From Burkholderiaceae bacterium (GTDB taxonomy: Bacteria; Pseudomonadota; Gammaproteobacteria; Burkholderiales; Burkholderiaceae_C), in the NCBI GenBank assembly GCA_038901755.1, contig JBCKPH010000001.1, positions 2,410 through 66,409 on the forward strand: a stretch of DNA of 64,000 nt, written 5' to 3'. A program made the position numbers and the translations under genes. The notes beneath the pieces were generated by a model that saw nothing but the letters and a program-made list of their open reading frames with translations, was not told the DNA's origin and did not search any database. Of the stretch, positions 1-10,050 are shown piece by piece. Position 1 is the stretch's first letter; the number at the start of each line of letters is the position of its first letter.

Positions 1-1
1 C

Positions 2-586
2 AAGTTTTTGCTGCCAACAGCTCTACTGGATGTGGTCACCATGCAGTTGCCGGTCTTGCTCATTACGGCGTGGTTCAGCAGTGATTCGGCGGGGCAGTTC
101 AGCATGGCTTGGCGCATATTGGCGCTGCCTATGTCTTTGATTGGCGGTGCCGTCGGGCTAGTATTTTTTCAACGTTTTTCAAAGGTGTGGCCCGATGTGC
201 CGGCGGCGCGCCGGTTGCTGTTTAAAACCTGGAAAATCCTGACCTTGGCGGGTCTGCTGCCCACGATGGTCGTGATGGTCTTTGGTGAGTCGATCTTTAC
301 TTTTGTGCTCGGTGAGGCTTGGCGTGAAGCCGGTGTCATGGCCGCCGTTATGGCCCCCATGTTGCTGGCCATGTTGGTCAGCTCGCCGACATCTTCATCC
401 TTTCTGGTGCTTGGGCTACAAAAATACAGTCTTTATTTTGGCGTGGCATTTATTACTTATCGGACGGGTTGTCTGTATTTTGGCGTGATTAAAGGAAACG
501 TTTTTCTCGGTCTTGCTGCTTGGGTTTTATGTGAGTTGAGCGCGATTATTATCTACAATATAATTGTTATTCGTCGAATGAAGTAA
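2..586 (+). CDS. Wzx/MOP-family polysaccharide flippase, C-terminal part (5' end outside window)
   Basis: ORF is open to the window edge. Product is a run of hydrophobic helices (LLPTMVVMVFGESIF, MAPMLLAMLVSS, AAWVLCELSAIIIYNIIVI), as in the C-terminal half of O-antigen/EPS flippases. It heads a block of sugar-modifying genes. Confidence 0.55.
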   Translation, partial: KFLLPTALLDVVTMQLPVLLITAWFSSDSAGQFSMAWRILALPMSLIGGAVGLVFFQRFSKVWPDVPAARRLLFKTWKILTLAGLLPTMVVMVFGESIFTFVLGEAWREAGVMAAVMAPMLLAMLVSSPTSSSFLVLGLQKYSLYFGVAFITYRTGCLYFGVIKGNVFLGLAAWVLCELSAIIIYNIIVIRRMK

Positions 587-587
587 T

Positions 588-1364
588 ATGAAATCTATAG
601 ATGTTAAATCAATATACAATGAAAAATATTTTCTTGAGGCTGTTGATGGTTACAAGGAATTTTCAGAATTTGACGGATCGTTTGGTTCGTTATTTGAGCG
701 ATATAAGAGAAATGTAAATATCCTTGAGCTTAGGCCTCAACACAAATATCTTGAAATTGGCTGTGGACGAGGTGAGATTTGTATTTGGCATGGTTTGAAT
801 GGGGGTATTGCCAAGGGCGTTGATTATTCGGCGGATGCAATTAATTTGGCTAAATCAAAAGCTAAGATATTAGACTCTTCTGTTGAATTTGTGGAGGCCT
901 CTTTTGGTACGTTACTAGAGCCGGATAATTATTACGATCGAATTCTTGCATCTGAATTCATTGAACACATTTCAAAGATTGAAGGTGTAGATTTCTTTAA
1001 GGTTGCATACTCAGCTTTGAAGCCAGGCGGGAAGCTTCTAGTTTACACAATGCCCAATACGTTGCAGCGTTGTTATGGTTATCCGATAATGAGGATATGG
1101 GCCTTCATCAAAGGTAAACGTTTACCAAAAAAGCAAGATGATACTTTGTCTGAGCATTACAAGCTTTATCATCTTAATGAACAAAATTATTTTGAGTTGA
1201 AGCACTCTGCATTAAGGGTTGGCTTCAAGAGGTTTGTGGTCGGATACGACATTGAGAGTGTCAAAAATAAAAGTGGCATTAAAAATTTGATATTGAAGTT
1301 TATTGAGATTACGCCGTTACGGCACTTGTTATTTTCAAATTTGTATTTGCTGGCTGAAAAGTGA
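588..1364 (+). CDS. Class I SAM-dependent methyltransferase
   Basis: Motif I LEIGCGRGE and post-II motif KPGGKLLVYT. Very low GC (about one third by eye) compared with the rest of the window. Confidence 0.75.
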   Translation: MKSIDVKSIYNEKYFLEAVDGYKEFSEFDGSFGSLFERYKRNVNILELRPQHKYLEIGCGRGEICIWHGLNGGIAKGVDYSADAINLAKSKAKILDSSVEFVEASFGTLLEPDNYYDRILASEFIEHISKIEGVDFFKVAYSALKPGGKLLVYTMPNTLQRCYGYPIMRIWAFIKGKRLPKKQDDTLSEHYKLYHLNEQNYFELKHSALRVGFKRFVVGYDIESVKNKSGIKNLILKFIEITPLRHLLFSNLYLLAEK

Positions 1365-2554
1365 ATCTTTTCATCATTCCATCCTGGTATCCCAATCCGC
1401 TCCAGCCGATTGCTGGCATCTTTACGCGTGAGCAGGCTGAGGCATTGGCTGACTTGGCGCCTGATGTGCGTGTCATGGTCAGTACCTGGGGGCATGACGC
1501 GGGTGGCATGGCAGTTCGGCTGGTTAGACAGTCGTTGACTGCCATGCAATGGCGCTTGGCGCAGCACGGTGATCAGATCACTTTGCGCAATGGTGTGCAC
1601 GAGATATTCAATCCAGCATTGACTTGGTCGTATCGACTGCCTTTTGGCGGCACTCGTTGTTTGCTGGCGGTTAATCGGAAAAACTTGCGATTGGCGATCA
1701 AAACCTATGGTGGGGTTGATCTCATGCATGCCCATGTCAGTTACCCCGCTGGTTATGTGGCATCGGTGTTGTCTCGCGAATTTGGAATTCCGTATGTGTT
1801 GACAGAACACATGGGCCCTTTTCCATTTCCGTCCTTGATGCGGCAAGGCCGTCCAATGCCTGAAATTGATCAGGCTTTTGCGGCTGCTGCCGCAGCGATA
1901 GCGGTTAGCCCTTCGCTAGCTGGAAGAATCGCATCCTTTGGTTATGTCGCGCCCTGTGTGATTCCGAATGTGGTGGATGAGCGGCGCTTTGCGCCTGGTG
2001 CGCCATGCGCTGACAAGTTTGTTTTTTTTACGCTGTGCGGCCTGACTGATCAAAAGGGCATCGACCATCTATTGCAAGCCATCGCCCAATGGAACCCATC
2101 GCCGGACCGCTTTGAATTCCGTATCGGTGGGGATGGTCCCATGCGCACTGCCTACCAGTCTTTGGCACAGCAGTTGGGTGTGGCTGATCGTGTGCATTGG
2201 CTCGGAGCGGTGAGTCGGGAAGATGCCCCGCAATTGTTCAGGGACTGCCATGTTTACGTGATGCCGTCGCGTCATGAAACTTTTGGTGTGGTCTTCGTCG
2301 AGGCCATCGCTACCGGCAAGCCCGTCATCGCCACCCGCTGCGGGGGACCAGAATCTATTGTGAACGACATCAATGGCGTGCTCGTGGATGTGGGTGATGT
2401 TTCTGGGCTGGCCGCAGCAATGCAAGCCATGGCCCGTAACTGGGATCAATTCAGTTTACTGGCTATACGTAAAGACTTTGAGCAGCGCTTCTCACGCCCC
2501 GCTGTGGTGGATCAATTGTTGTCGCTTTACCGGCGCGTTTTAAAGAAGGCCTGA
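1361..2554 (+). CDS. Glycosyltransferase, GT4 (GT-B) family
   Basis: C-terminal signature ETFGVVFVEAIATGKPVIATRCGGPESIV. GTGA start/stop overlap with the upstream gene. Confidence 0.8.
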   Translation: MNLFIIPSWYPNPLQPIAGIFTREQAEALADLAPDVRVMVSTWGHDAGGMAVRLVRQSLTAMQWRLAQHGDQITLRNGVHEIFNPALTWSYRLPFGGTRCLLAVNRKNLRLAIKTYGGVDLMHAHVSYPAGYVASVLSREFGIPYVLTEHMGPFPFPSLMRQGRPMPEIDQAFAAAAAAIAVSPSLAGRIASFGYVAPCVIPNVVDERRFAPGAPCADKFVFFTLCGLTDQKGIDHLLQAIAQWNPSPDRFEFRIGGDGPMRTAYQSLAQQLGVADRVHWLGAVSREDAPQLFRDCHVYVMPSRHETFGVVFVEAIATGKPVIATRCGGPESIVNDINGVLVDVGDVSGLAAAMQAMARNWDQFSLLAIRKDFEQRFSRPAVVDQLLSLYRRVLKKA

Positions 2555-2556
2555 CC

Positions 2557-4458
2557 ATGTGCGGCATCATTGGCGGCTGGTTGCCACAACCGGTTCATTC
2601 CATTTCACCGGCTTTTGATACCGGTCTGGCACTGTTAAGACACCGTGGCCCAAACGACCAGGGTTTGGAGCGATTTGACCGTGAAGGTGGACAAGCGGTG
2701 CTGGGCCACACGCGCCTGTCGATCATTGACCTGAGCGCTGGCGGCCATCAGCCCATGACGAGCCGTGATGGCCGCTATGCGTTGATTTTCAACGGTGAAA
2801 TTTATAACTACAAAGAACTACGGCAAGAGTTGCAAACGCTTGGCCATCAGTTTGCGTCCGTCTCTGATACCGAAGTGCTGCTTACCAGTTGGATCACTTG
2901 GGGCCAGCAGTGCTTGGCGCGTTTGCGCGGCATGTTTGCTTTTGTCGTGTACGACAAACTGGCCGGTAAGCTGGTGTGCGTGCGCGATGCGTTTGGTATC
3001 AAGCCGTTCTTTTACCAGTGGGGTGCAAACGGTTTTTTGTTTGCGTCCGAGGTGCCAGCCTTACTGGCTCTGCTACCGCAGCGACCGGGCTTGAACTTGC
3101 AGCGTGCGTACGATTATCTGGTGGGCGGCAGCTACGATGACTGTGCCGACACCTTCTTTGACGGCATTCAGCAACTTCTGCCCGGTCATGTGCTCACCCT
3201 GGATTTGCAGCAGCAAAGCGCACCAACGCTGGTGCGTTGGTGGTGGCCCAGCGTGGTCGAGCGCACCGATGTGTCATTTGCCGATGCAGCCGACCAACTG
3301 CGCACCATGTTCCTGGACAACATTCGTCTGCACTTGCGCAGCGATGTGCCATTGGGTGCCGCATTGTCGGGCGGTGTTGACTCCTCAGCTGTGGTTTGCG
3401 CCATGCGCCATGTGGCGCCCGACATGCCTATCCACACCTTCACCTACGTGGCCAGAGGGTCTGATGTGGATGAAGAGCACTGGGCTGACTTGGTTAACGC
3501 TCATGTTGGTGCCATTGCGCACAAGGTGATGGTGAAACCTGAAGAGTTGGTCACCGACCTGGACGACATGATTCAGGCGCAGGGCGAGCCGTTTGGCAGC
3601 ACCAGCATTTATGCCCAATACCGTGTGTTCAAGCTGGCACACGAGCATGGTGTGACGGTGACGCTGGACGGGCAGGGGGCTGATGAAATGCTGGCGGGCT
3701 ACAACGGCTACCCCGGTCCCCGCATGCGCAGCATGCTGGAAAAGGGAGAGGTGTTGGACCTTGTCAGATTCCTTAGAAAGTGGTCCCAGTGGCCGGGGCG
3801 TTCCATCAGACACGGAGCGAAGGCATGCATCGCGCAATTTTTGCCACAACAGTTGCGCAATACTGCGCACAAGCTGATGGGCAATAAACCGGCACCGGCA
3901 TGGCTGAATATTCCCGTACTTGAGGCCGCTGGTGTTGTGCGAGCATTCCCCGACATGATGCAACTGGAAGACAGCCCTGCCGGGCGGCGTCTGGTGGCAA
4001 CCCTTCGCCAAACCTTGGCTGGGCAAGGTCTGAATGCCTTGCTGCGCCACGGTGACCGCAACTCGATGCGCTGGTCGGTGGAAAGCCGAGTCCCATTCCT
4101 GACCACAGACATGGCCGAGTTTCTACTGCGCCTGCCTGAACACTATCTCCTTTCGGCTCAAGGTGAGACCAAGCACATCTTCCGTGCCGCAATGCGTGGC
4201 ATCGTGCCTGACGCCATCCTTGACCGGAAGGATAAGGTAGGCTTTTCTACCCCGGAGCGAGCTTGGTTGAAGCAGTTGGAAGGGCAAGTCATGACCTGGC
4301 TACAGGCCGCAGAGTCGTTGCCATTCCTGAATGCAATTGAGTGCCGCCATGAGGTCCAAGCCATGATAGATGGCAAAAAGCCGTTCAGCTTCCAAGCTTG
4401 GCGCTTGATCAATTTTTGTCGCTGGGTGCAAGTCTTTGAAGCGCGTGTTGGTAAATAA
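2557..4458 (+). CDS. asnB: Asparagine synthase (glutamine-hydrolysing)-type amidotransferase, WbpS-like position in a polysaccharide locus
   Basis: N-terminal nucleophile MCGIIGG. PP-loop LSGGVDSSAVVCAM. 633 aa. Confidence 0.85.
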   Translation: MCGIIGGWLPQPVHSISPAFDTGLALLRHRGPNDQGLERFDREGGQAVLGHTRLSIIDLSAGGHQPMTSRDGRYALIFNGEIYNYKELRQELQTLGHQFASVSDTEVLLTSWITWGQQCLARLRGMFAFVVYDKLAGKLVCVRDAFGIKPFFYQWGANGFLFASEVPALLALLPQRPGLNLQRAYDYLVGGSYDDCADTFFDGIQQLLPGHVLTLDLQQQSAPTLVRWWWPSVVERTDVSFADAADQLRTMFLDNIRLHLRSDVPLGAALSGGVDSSAVVCAMRHVAPDMPIHTFTYVARGSDVDEEHWADLVNAHVGAIAHKVMVKPEELVTDLDDMIQAQGEPFGSTSIYAQYRVFKLAHEHGVTVTLDGQGADEMLAGYNGYPGPRMRSMLEKGEVLDLVRFLRKWSQWPGRSIRHGAKACIAQFLPQQLRNTAHKLMGNKPAPAWLNIPVLEAAGVVRAFPDMMQLEDSPAGRRLVATLRQTLAGQGLNALLRHGDRNSMRWSVESRVPFLTTDMAEFLLRLPEHYLLSAQGETKHIFRAAMRGIVPDAILDRKDKVGFSTPERAWLKQLEGQVMTWLQAAESLPFLNAIECRHEVQAMIDGKKPFSFQAWRLINFCRWVQVFEARVGK

Positions 4459-4470
4459 AGGGAGGAAATT

Positions 4471-4952
4471 TTGAAGATAGTCACCATCATCGGCGCCAGG
4501 CCGCAGTTCATCAAAGCCGCCACGGTTTCGCGCGCAATTGCGGCGCGCCCAGACATTAGCGAGGTGCTGGTCCATACCGGCCAGCACTACGACGCTAATA
4601 TGTCCGACATCTTTTTTGAGCAGATGGCGATCCCCAAACCCAATTACCACCTCGCGGTATAGGCGGCGGCACGCACGGTGCAATGACCGGGCGGCAGTTG
4701 GAAAAGATTGAAGAGGTGTTGCTGACCGAAAAGCCCGATTGGGTCCTGGTCTATGGCGACACCAATTCCACCCTGGCCGGTGCGCTGGCTGCTGCCAAGC
4801 TCCACATTCCGGCGGTACACGTTGAAGCTGGCCTGCGTTCGTTCAACCGTCGCATGCCAGAAGAAATCAACCGTGTGCTGACCGATCACGTTTCAATCCT
4901 GCTGTTTGCCCCCACTGAAACAGCACGCAAAAACCTGCTGTCCGCGGGCTGA
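4471..4952 (+). pseudogene. UDP-N-acetylglucosamine (or UDP-diNAc-uronate) 2-epimerase, WecB/WbpI/WlbD family, frameshifted and 3'-truncated
   Basis: MKIVTIIGARPQFIKAATVS...HTGQHYD...NYHL, then a stop at 4660-4662. The family sequence [19 protein letters not shown]...[42 protein letters not shown] continues in another frame (ORF 4683..4952). It ends after about 155 of the roughly 370 expected residues. Confidence 0.8.
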
Positions 4953-4976
4953 TTGTCAAGAACTGTTTCCGAAGTC

Positions 4977-6083
4977 TCAGCCAGCGACCACCCTTGCAGT
5001 GGCAAGAGTCGCTGCAATGTGGCGCTGCTGGGACTCATGCATATCCGGCCCCATCGGCAAACTCAGCACCCGTGACGCCACTGCCGTTGCCACCGGACAG
5101 CAGTCCGAGCCGCCGAGGTGCTGATAGGCGGGCTGCCGGTTCAGAGGTACGGGGTAGTGCACGGCGGTCGGGATGCCCGCCTCCTTTAGCCGTTCCTGCA
5201 CCCGCCCTCGTTCATCCAGGAACACCGTGTACTGGGCAAATACGCTGGTTCGACCCGAGCGTTGTTGAACTCTTTCGATGCCAGCCTCGTCCATGAGCTG
5301 GTTGTACCGTTGCCCGATGGCCATGCGCTGCTCCAATTCCCAGCCAAAACGCTCCAGTTTGGCAAGCACGATAGCGCATTGCAAAGTGTCCATTCGTCCG
5401 CCCACGCCGATACGGGTGTGGACGTAACGCCCGCTCTGGCCGTGCACTCGGATTTCACGGCAGGCTTGCGCGAGGGCATCATCGCTGGTGAAAATCGCGC
5501 CGCCGTCGCCATAGCAGCCCAAGGGCTTGCTCGGAAAGAAGCTGGTGCAACCGAAGGTGCTCAGGTTGCAGCTCCTGCGGCTCTTGTAACTTGCGCCAAA
5601 ACTCTGCGCCGCATCCTCCATCACCGCGATACCGCCATGGCGCGCGGCAATCACGTTGATTTCGTCCATGTCGGCGACCTGGCCATACAGGCTCACCGGC
5701 ATGATGGCTTTGGTGCGCGGAGTGATCGCCGCTTCCATCTTCGTCACGTCAACGTTGCAGGTGTCGGATTCGATGTCGACGAAGACCGGCCTGGCGCCGG
5801 CCAGCACGATCATCTCCGCCGTCGCGGCGAAGGTGAACGGGGTGGTGATGACTTCATCGCCCGGGCCAACGCCCAGGGCCATCAAACTGATGAGAAGCGC
5901 CTCGGTGCCACTGGCCACTGTGATGCAATGTCTGACTCCGACGTAGCTGGCGAGCTTTTCCTCAAGTTCAAAGACCTCCGGCCCCATGATGTATTGGCCA
6001 TGCTCCAAAACGCGCCGGATTCTTTCCTCGATTTGCGGCTGCAGCGCCCGGTACTGGGCTTTCAGATCGATGAACGGCATCAT
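4977..6083 (-). CDS. wbpE: DegT/DnrJ/EryC1/StrS aminotransferase (WbpE/WlbC-like UDP-3-oxo-sugar aminotransferase)
   Basis: [19 protein letters not shown]...GTEAL..., PLP-aminotransferase fold. The long ORF 4977..6434 was trimmed to the ATG that forms an ATGA overlap with the upstream stop at 6080-6083. Confidence 0.85.
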   Translation of the reverse strand: MMPFIDLKAQYRALQPQIEERIRRVLEHGQYIMGPEVFELEEKLASYVGVRHCITVASGTEALLISLMALGVGPGDEVITTPFTFAATAEMIVLAGARPVFVDIESDTCNVDVTKMEAAITPRTKAIMPVSLYGQVADMDEINVIAARHGGIAVMEDAAQSFGASYKSRRSCNLSTFGCTSFFPSKPLGCYGDGGAIFTSDDALAQACREIRVHGQSGRYVHTRIGVGGRMDTLQCAIVLAKLERFGWELEQRMAIGQRYNQLMDEAGIERVQQRSGRTSVFAQYTVFLDERGRVQERLKEAGIPTAVHYPVPLNRQPAYQHLGGSDCCPVATAVASRVLSLPMGPDMHESQQRHIAATLATARVVAG

Positions 6084-6661
6084 GGATTGAGGCATACACA
6101 ATTTCCGCTCCGTAGCTGGTAGGTTTTGCCCGAGTGCGGGCACTTGGTCTCGGCGCTGCCCTGCAGTGGCAAATCCAGACGTTCGCCAAACTCGCTCATC
6201 CAACCTATTTGCCGTGCTGGCACGCCGGCCATTAGCGCGTAGGGCTTGACGTCGCGATTGACCACAGCTCCGGCGGCAACAAAGGCGTATTCGCCAATCC
6301 TGACGCCGCACACCACGGTGCAGTTGGCGCCTAGCGTGGCGCCACGCTTGACGAGGGTGTCGCGGTACTGATCCTTGCGACTCACTGCGGAGCGCGGGTT
6401 GTACACATTGGTGAAAACCACGCTGGGGCCGCAAAAAACATCGTCCTCAAGCGTGACATTGTCGTAAACGCTGACGTTATTCTGAATCTTGACGTCGTCT
6501 CCAATAAGCACTCGATTGCCCACAAATACGCCTTGACCCAAGGAACAATTGCGGCCGATCCTGGCACCGCCGCAGACATGCACCCAGTGCCAGATTCGCG
6601 TGCCCTCGCCAATCTGAGCGCCTTCGTCGACGATGGCCGTGGGGTGGGCGGTGAAAGTCAT
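6080..6661 (-). CDS. wbpD: Left-handed beta-helix N-acetyltransferase (WbpD/WlbB-like)
   Basis: Hexapeptide repeats. Close resemblance to WbpD ([10 protein letters not shown]...[16 protein letters not shown]...[10 protein letters not shown]...[15 protein letters not shown]). Confidence 0.85.
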   Translation of the reverse strand: MTFTAHPTAIVDEGAQIGEGTRIWHWVHVCGGARIGRNCSLGQGVFVGNRVLIGDDVKIQNNVSVYDNVTLEDDVFCGPSVVFTNVYNPRSAVSRKDQYRDTLVKRGATLGANCTVVCGVRIGEYAFVAAGAVVNRDVKPYALMAGVPARQIGWMSEFGERLDLPLQGSAETKCPHSGKTYQLRSGNCVCLNP

Positions 6662-7611
6662 AGCGCTGAGGATTTTAGAAAGGGATGGTAGTCCCCGGTG
6701 CGCCCCAGGGGAGTCGCCGTGCGGATGGTGGCCACCGTTTCGATTGCAACGCGATTTTCTTCAAGACCGAATCCGCGTCCGACAAGCACCTCCTGATAGC
6801 TGCGCGTGTGCAGGTCGGTAAAGCCTTCCGAGAATTCAATCTCGTTCCCATCGAGGGTGATGCAGCGGTACGTGCGCTGCCCCTTGGCGCGCAGTTCATG
6901 CGGCACATCATCTACGTCCACCGACAGGAACCAGCGCACACGGGCACGCTCGTATTCCAGAAAACCTGCAGCCTTGGTGTCAGAGAGGTGATGAACCTGG
7001 TTCGCCTGCAGAGCGCCAAACACAAAATGCAGCATGTCGAAAAAATGCACACCAATGTTCGTGGCGATCCCGCCCGATTTCTTGATGTCACTCTTCCATG
7101 ATTGCAAATACCAGTGCCCCCGAGATGTGACATACGTGAGTTCGACGTCATGCTTGGCAGCAACGGCCTGACCGCGAGTTTGATCCCTGAGCGCAATGAT
7201 CGCGTCGTGCAGCCTGAGTTGCAGGATGGTGTTGATCTTGCAGCCAGTCTCCCGCTCGATGTCCAGCAGACCGTCAATGTTCCAGGGATTGAGAACCAGG
7301 GGTTTCTCGCAGATGACATGCGCGCCCGATCGAAGAGCAAAGCGCATGTGCGAGTCATGCAGATAGTTGGGCGAACAAATGGAAACATAGTTGACTGCGT
7401 CGGCGCTCTTCGATCGACGCAGTTTGTCAATGTGCCGATCAAACCGCTCAAATTCGGTGAAGAAATCCGCGTCCGGGAAGTAACTGTCGAGGACCCCGAC
7501 GGAATCCCTTGGATCAAGCGCGGCAACAAGGCGGTTGCCGGTGTCCTTGATGGCTCGCAGGTGGCGGGGCGCGACATAGCCGGCAACTCCAATAAGGGCA
7601 AAGTTCGTCAT
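6658..7611 (-). CDS. wbpB: Gfo/Idh/MocA oxidoreductase (WbpB/WlbA-like UDP-GlcNAcA 3-dehydrogenase)
   Basis: [26 protein letters not shown] Rossmann start. The ORF track start at 7764 was trimmed to the ATG at 7611. The stop overlaps the wbpD-like start. Confidence 0.85.
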   Translation of the reverse strand: MTNFALIGVAGYVAPRHLRAIKDTGNRLVAALDPRDSVGVLDSYFPDADFFTEFERFDRHIDKLRRSKSADAVNYVSICSPNYLHDSHMRFALRSGAHVICEKPLVLNPWNIDGLLDIERETGCKINTILQLRLHDAIIALRDQTRGQAVAAKHDVELTYVTSRGHWYLQSWKSDIKKSGGIATNIGVHFFDMLHFVFGALQANQVHHLSDTKAAGFLEYERARVRWFLSVDVDDVPHELRAKGQRTYRCITLDGNEIEFSEGFTDLHTRSYQEVLVGRGFGLEENRVAIETVATIRTATPLGRTGDYHPFLKSSAL

Positions 7612-7678
7612 GGCGCGTCCACCTTGCGGGCAGTCTTTGATCTCGTAGCGAGCGTCCCAGTCCTTGTCGCAGCCATGA

Positions 7679-8926
7679 CTATCTTTCAATCGTGCCACGC
7701 CAGGCCGCAAGGTACCGATCCAGCACATTGGCGCGGGTGAACTGGACGCCAACTTTCGCCGCACCTTCTGTCAGGGCAGCCCAGGCACTCTTGCTCCGCA
7801 GTGATTCTCCGTCTCGACCCACCATGCCATGCTGTTTCGGGTCGTACACCATGCCGCAGTGATGTCGCCGGACAAATTCTGCGAGTTCGGTCAGGTGCGA
7901 GGACACGATGAGCGGGACACCGCGCGATAACGCCTCCGCCGCCTTGGTCGAAAAAAAGTTGCATCTCATTTTGAAACTGACGAAATAGCTATCATCAGCA
8001 AGCCGGCCGGGTATCACCAAAGCAAGCAAGCTGTCGTAGAAGTCCGCCATTTCCTCGTACCGGTATGTCCGGCAATCCATTTGCGCGAATCGCGCGTGCG
8101 CTGGCGTCGCCAGCTTCGGCGATGTATCTGGAACACTGTGCAGCATCTCAATGAGCAGTGACGCGTCGTTCCAGTCGCCCACCGAGCCCGCGTAGCCGAC
8201 ATGCCTGCTTTCCCAGCGCCGCTCGAAGGCAACGCTCCAATCCGCCTCACGACCCAGGCCATAGATCGGCGCATAGGTGACCGGCACGCCCGATTCCTTT
8301 TGAATCCGGTCGCGCGCGTACTCGAGCGGCAGGAACGACAGGTCCGCGCTTCGCAACAGTTCATGTTCCCATTGTTTCGCAAAACCGAACAGGAGATGGC
8401 CGACAAAGCCACGGGTCAGGGGAATCTCCTCGGGAAAAATACTTCGCATGTCGAATGAAACTCGCACGAAGTACTCGGGGCCAGCCTTCGACTTGATTTC
8501 CAATCCGAGTTGGGTGGCGTAATAACTGCGCCCATGAATGATAGTTTTCCTTCCTTTCTGAAGTTTCAGGATGCTCAAGACTCTGCCGGCGATCCAGCGC
8601 AGAACAAGACGGCGCACCGGAAACGACAGCAAGCCGCCGTTGGTGATCGGGGTCAGCAGAAAGTGGAACCGGATGCCCGACCTTGCGCATCGCTCCTGAA
8701 GCTGCCGGATGCCATCGTTGCGAAGAAGCAGAAACTTGAGGTAGGACAGGATGGGGATCGCCGCGATCCAGCTGACGTCGTAGCCCTGATGTGACAGGTC
8801 GGCGGCGGGCTCGAGCAATTGCGAGCGGTGCAGCCCGTCGATCGATGGGAAGTCGGTGCTTATGAACACCACGGAAAAATCCGGACCTGCTTTCTTGTTG
8901 CCGGTGAACGACCCAGAATCACTCAT
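7679..8926 (-). CDS. Putative glycosyltransferase (divergent GT-B)
   Basis: Only the C-terminal region looks GT-B-like (FSTKAAEALSRGVPLIVSSHLTELAEFV). Located in the polysaccharide locus. No firm family assignment. Confidence 0.45.
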   Translation of the reverse strand: MSDSGSFTGNKKAGPDFSVVFISTDFPSIDGLHRSQLLEPAADLSHQGYDVSWIAAIPILSYLKFLLLRNDGIRQLQERCARSGIRFHFLLTPITNGGLLSFPVRRLVLRWIAGRVLSILKLQKGRKTIIHGRSYYATQLGLEIKSKAGPEYFVRVSFDMRSIFPEEIPLTRGFVGHLLFGFAKQWEHELLRSADLSFLPLEYARDRIQKESGVPVTYAPIYGLGREADWSVAFERRWESRHVGYAGSVGDWNDASLLIEMLHSVPDTSPKLATPAHARFAQMDCRTYRYEEMADFYDSLLALVIPGRLADDSYFVSFKMRCNFFSTKAAEALSRGVPLIVSSHLTELAEFVRRHHCGMVYDPKQHGMVGRDGESLRSKSAWAALTEGAAKVGVQFTRANVLDRYLAAWRGTIER

Positions 8927-9063
8927 CGCAGAATACTAGCGCACTGCTTGGCATCGTCTTGATGCCCATGCCGTGGTGACATTTGTCATGTAGAGTCCAA
9001 GGAAAGTCAGTCGGCGACGTCAACGGGACTCGCAGGAGAACCTCGAGGTCGAAGGCTTCAGCA

Positions 9064-10050
9064 ATGTCTCCAGCAAGTTTCGAATCACGGTCAGATTGCC
9101 CGGCCTGCGGCGCGCTTGGGCGGCCGGCGTTCAGTCGTTCCTATGGCGATCCGACCTTGCGCGCCGCGCTCGTCGCCTTTTATTCCGAAGTCGGCGGCCT
9201 CGACTACTCGTGGCTCGAAGGCGCTCGATACAGCGTATCCAACTGCCCAGAATGCAGCACCTGGTTTCAATCGTCAATTCCCGCCGAGGCCATGCTCGGA
9301 AAACTGTACGAGGAATGGATCGATCCGGACAAGGCCCGGCTTCGTTTTCATGATGAGCTTGCTGCCCACGTGCATTTGGCCCGCGCTCGCGAGGTGCAGA
9401 TTGCGTTTTCACTCTCCTCTGCTGGCGCGCCGCGCGTTGCGCTCGATTACGGCTGCGGCTGGGGTGAATGGGGGCGCATGATTCAGGCCTTTGGCCATGA
9501 GGCTTGGGGTACCGAGCTATCGCAGACGCGACGCGAGTACGCACTTGGCCATGGCATACGCGCCGTTTCCGAGGCGGAACTGCCGGATGGGCACTTCGGA
9601 CAGATCAATCTGGATCAAGTGCTGGAACACCTGCCAGATCCAGGCACCTGCCTGCGAATGCTCGCACGCAAACTCCATCCTGCGGGGAGTTTGCGTATGG
9701 CGGTCCCGCATGCGGCGCGTGTCTCGCGAGCCCTGCGGAACTTCGACCGTGAACTCACGCGCCCTCGACTGGGCGCGCTGAACGCCATCGCGCCGCTTGA
9801 GCATCTCAACGCTTTCACGACGACCAGACTCCTGCAACTTGCATCAAGCTGCGGGCTCGCCAGGATCAAGCCGCAATGGTTCGCGCTGTTTCGCTCGTTG
9901 GTTTTCCCGCCCGGCATTCGCGGCAAACTCGTCACCTTCATCCGCCCCTTCTATCTCCGAAGTTCCTACACCACCCATCTATTCTTTCGGCGACGGCCCG
10001 GGCCCGTTGCCCGGCGCCGCGAAGCCACCCTCAGACCCCTTCCAGACTGA
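9064..10050 (+). CDS. SAM-dependent methyltransferase with N-terminal Cys4 ribbon
   Basis: CPACG...CPEC pair followed by motif I LDYGCGWGEWG. Start trimmed to the ATG at 9064. The 3' end overlaps the convergent gene by 20 bp. Confidence 0.65.
   Translation: MSPASFESRSDCPACGALGRPAFSRSYGDPTLRAALVAFYSEVGGLDYSWLEGARYSVSNCPECSTWFQSSIPAEAMLGKLYEEWIDPDKARLRFHDELAAHVHLARAREVQIAFSLSSAGAPRVALDYGCGWGEWGRMIQAFGHEAWGTELSQTRREYALGHGIRAVSEAELPDGHFGQINLDQVLEHLPDPGTCLRMLARKLHPAGSLRMAVPHAARVSRALRNFDRELTRPRLGALNAIAPLEHLNAFTTTRLLQLASSCGLARIKPQWFALFRSLVFPPGIRGKLVTFIRPFYLRSSYTTHLFFRRRPGPVARRREATLRPLPD

Noticed and set aside
4471-4952. Two separate small genes (63 aa and 89 aa)
   Set aside because: Both are consecutive pieces of one WecB/WbpI-type epimerase. 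The missing link ([15 protein letters not shown]) is readable in the shifted frame, so this is one frameshifted, truncated pseudogene.
4977-6434. N-terminal extensions in the ORF track (4977..6434, 6658..7764, 31108..32967, 34274..35473, 40590..41777, 59144..60280, 60282..62102 and others)
   Set aside because: The extensions are low-complexity Arg/Pro-rich and overlap the upstream gene. Family-typical N-termini, ribosome-binding sites and ATGA/GTGA start/stop overlaps support the internal starts used in the feature list.
10031-10050. 20-bp convergent overlap of the methyltransferase and Ldh2 genes, considered as evidence of a mis-called gene
   Set aside because: Both ORFs have solid family motifs well inside. 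The overlap only affects the last few codons of each and may mark the junction between the polysaccharide locus and core genes. It is not strong enough for a finding.
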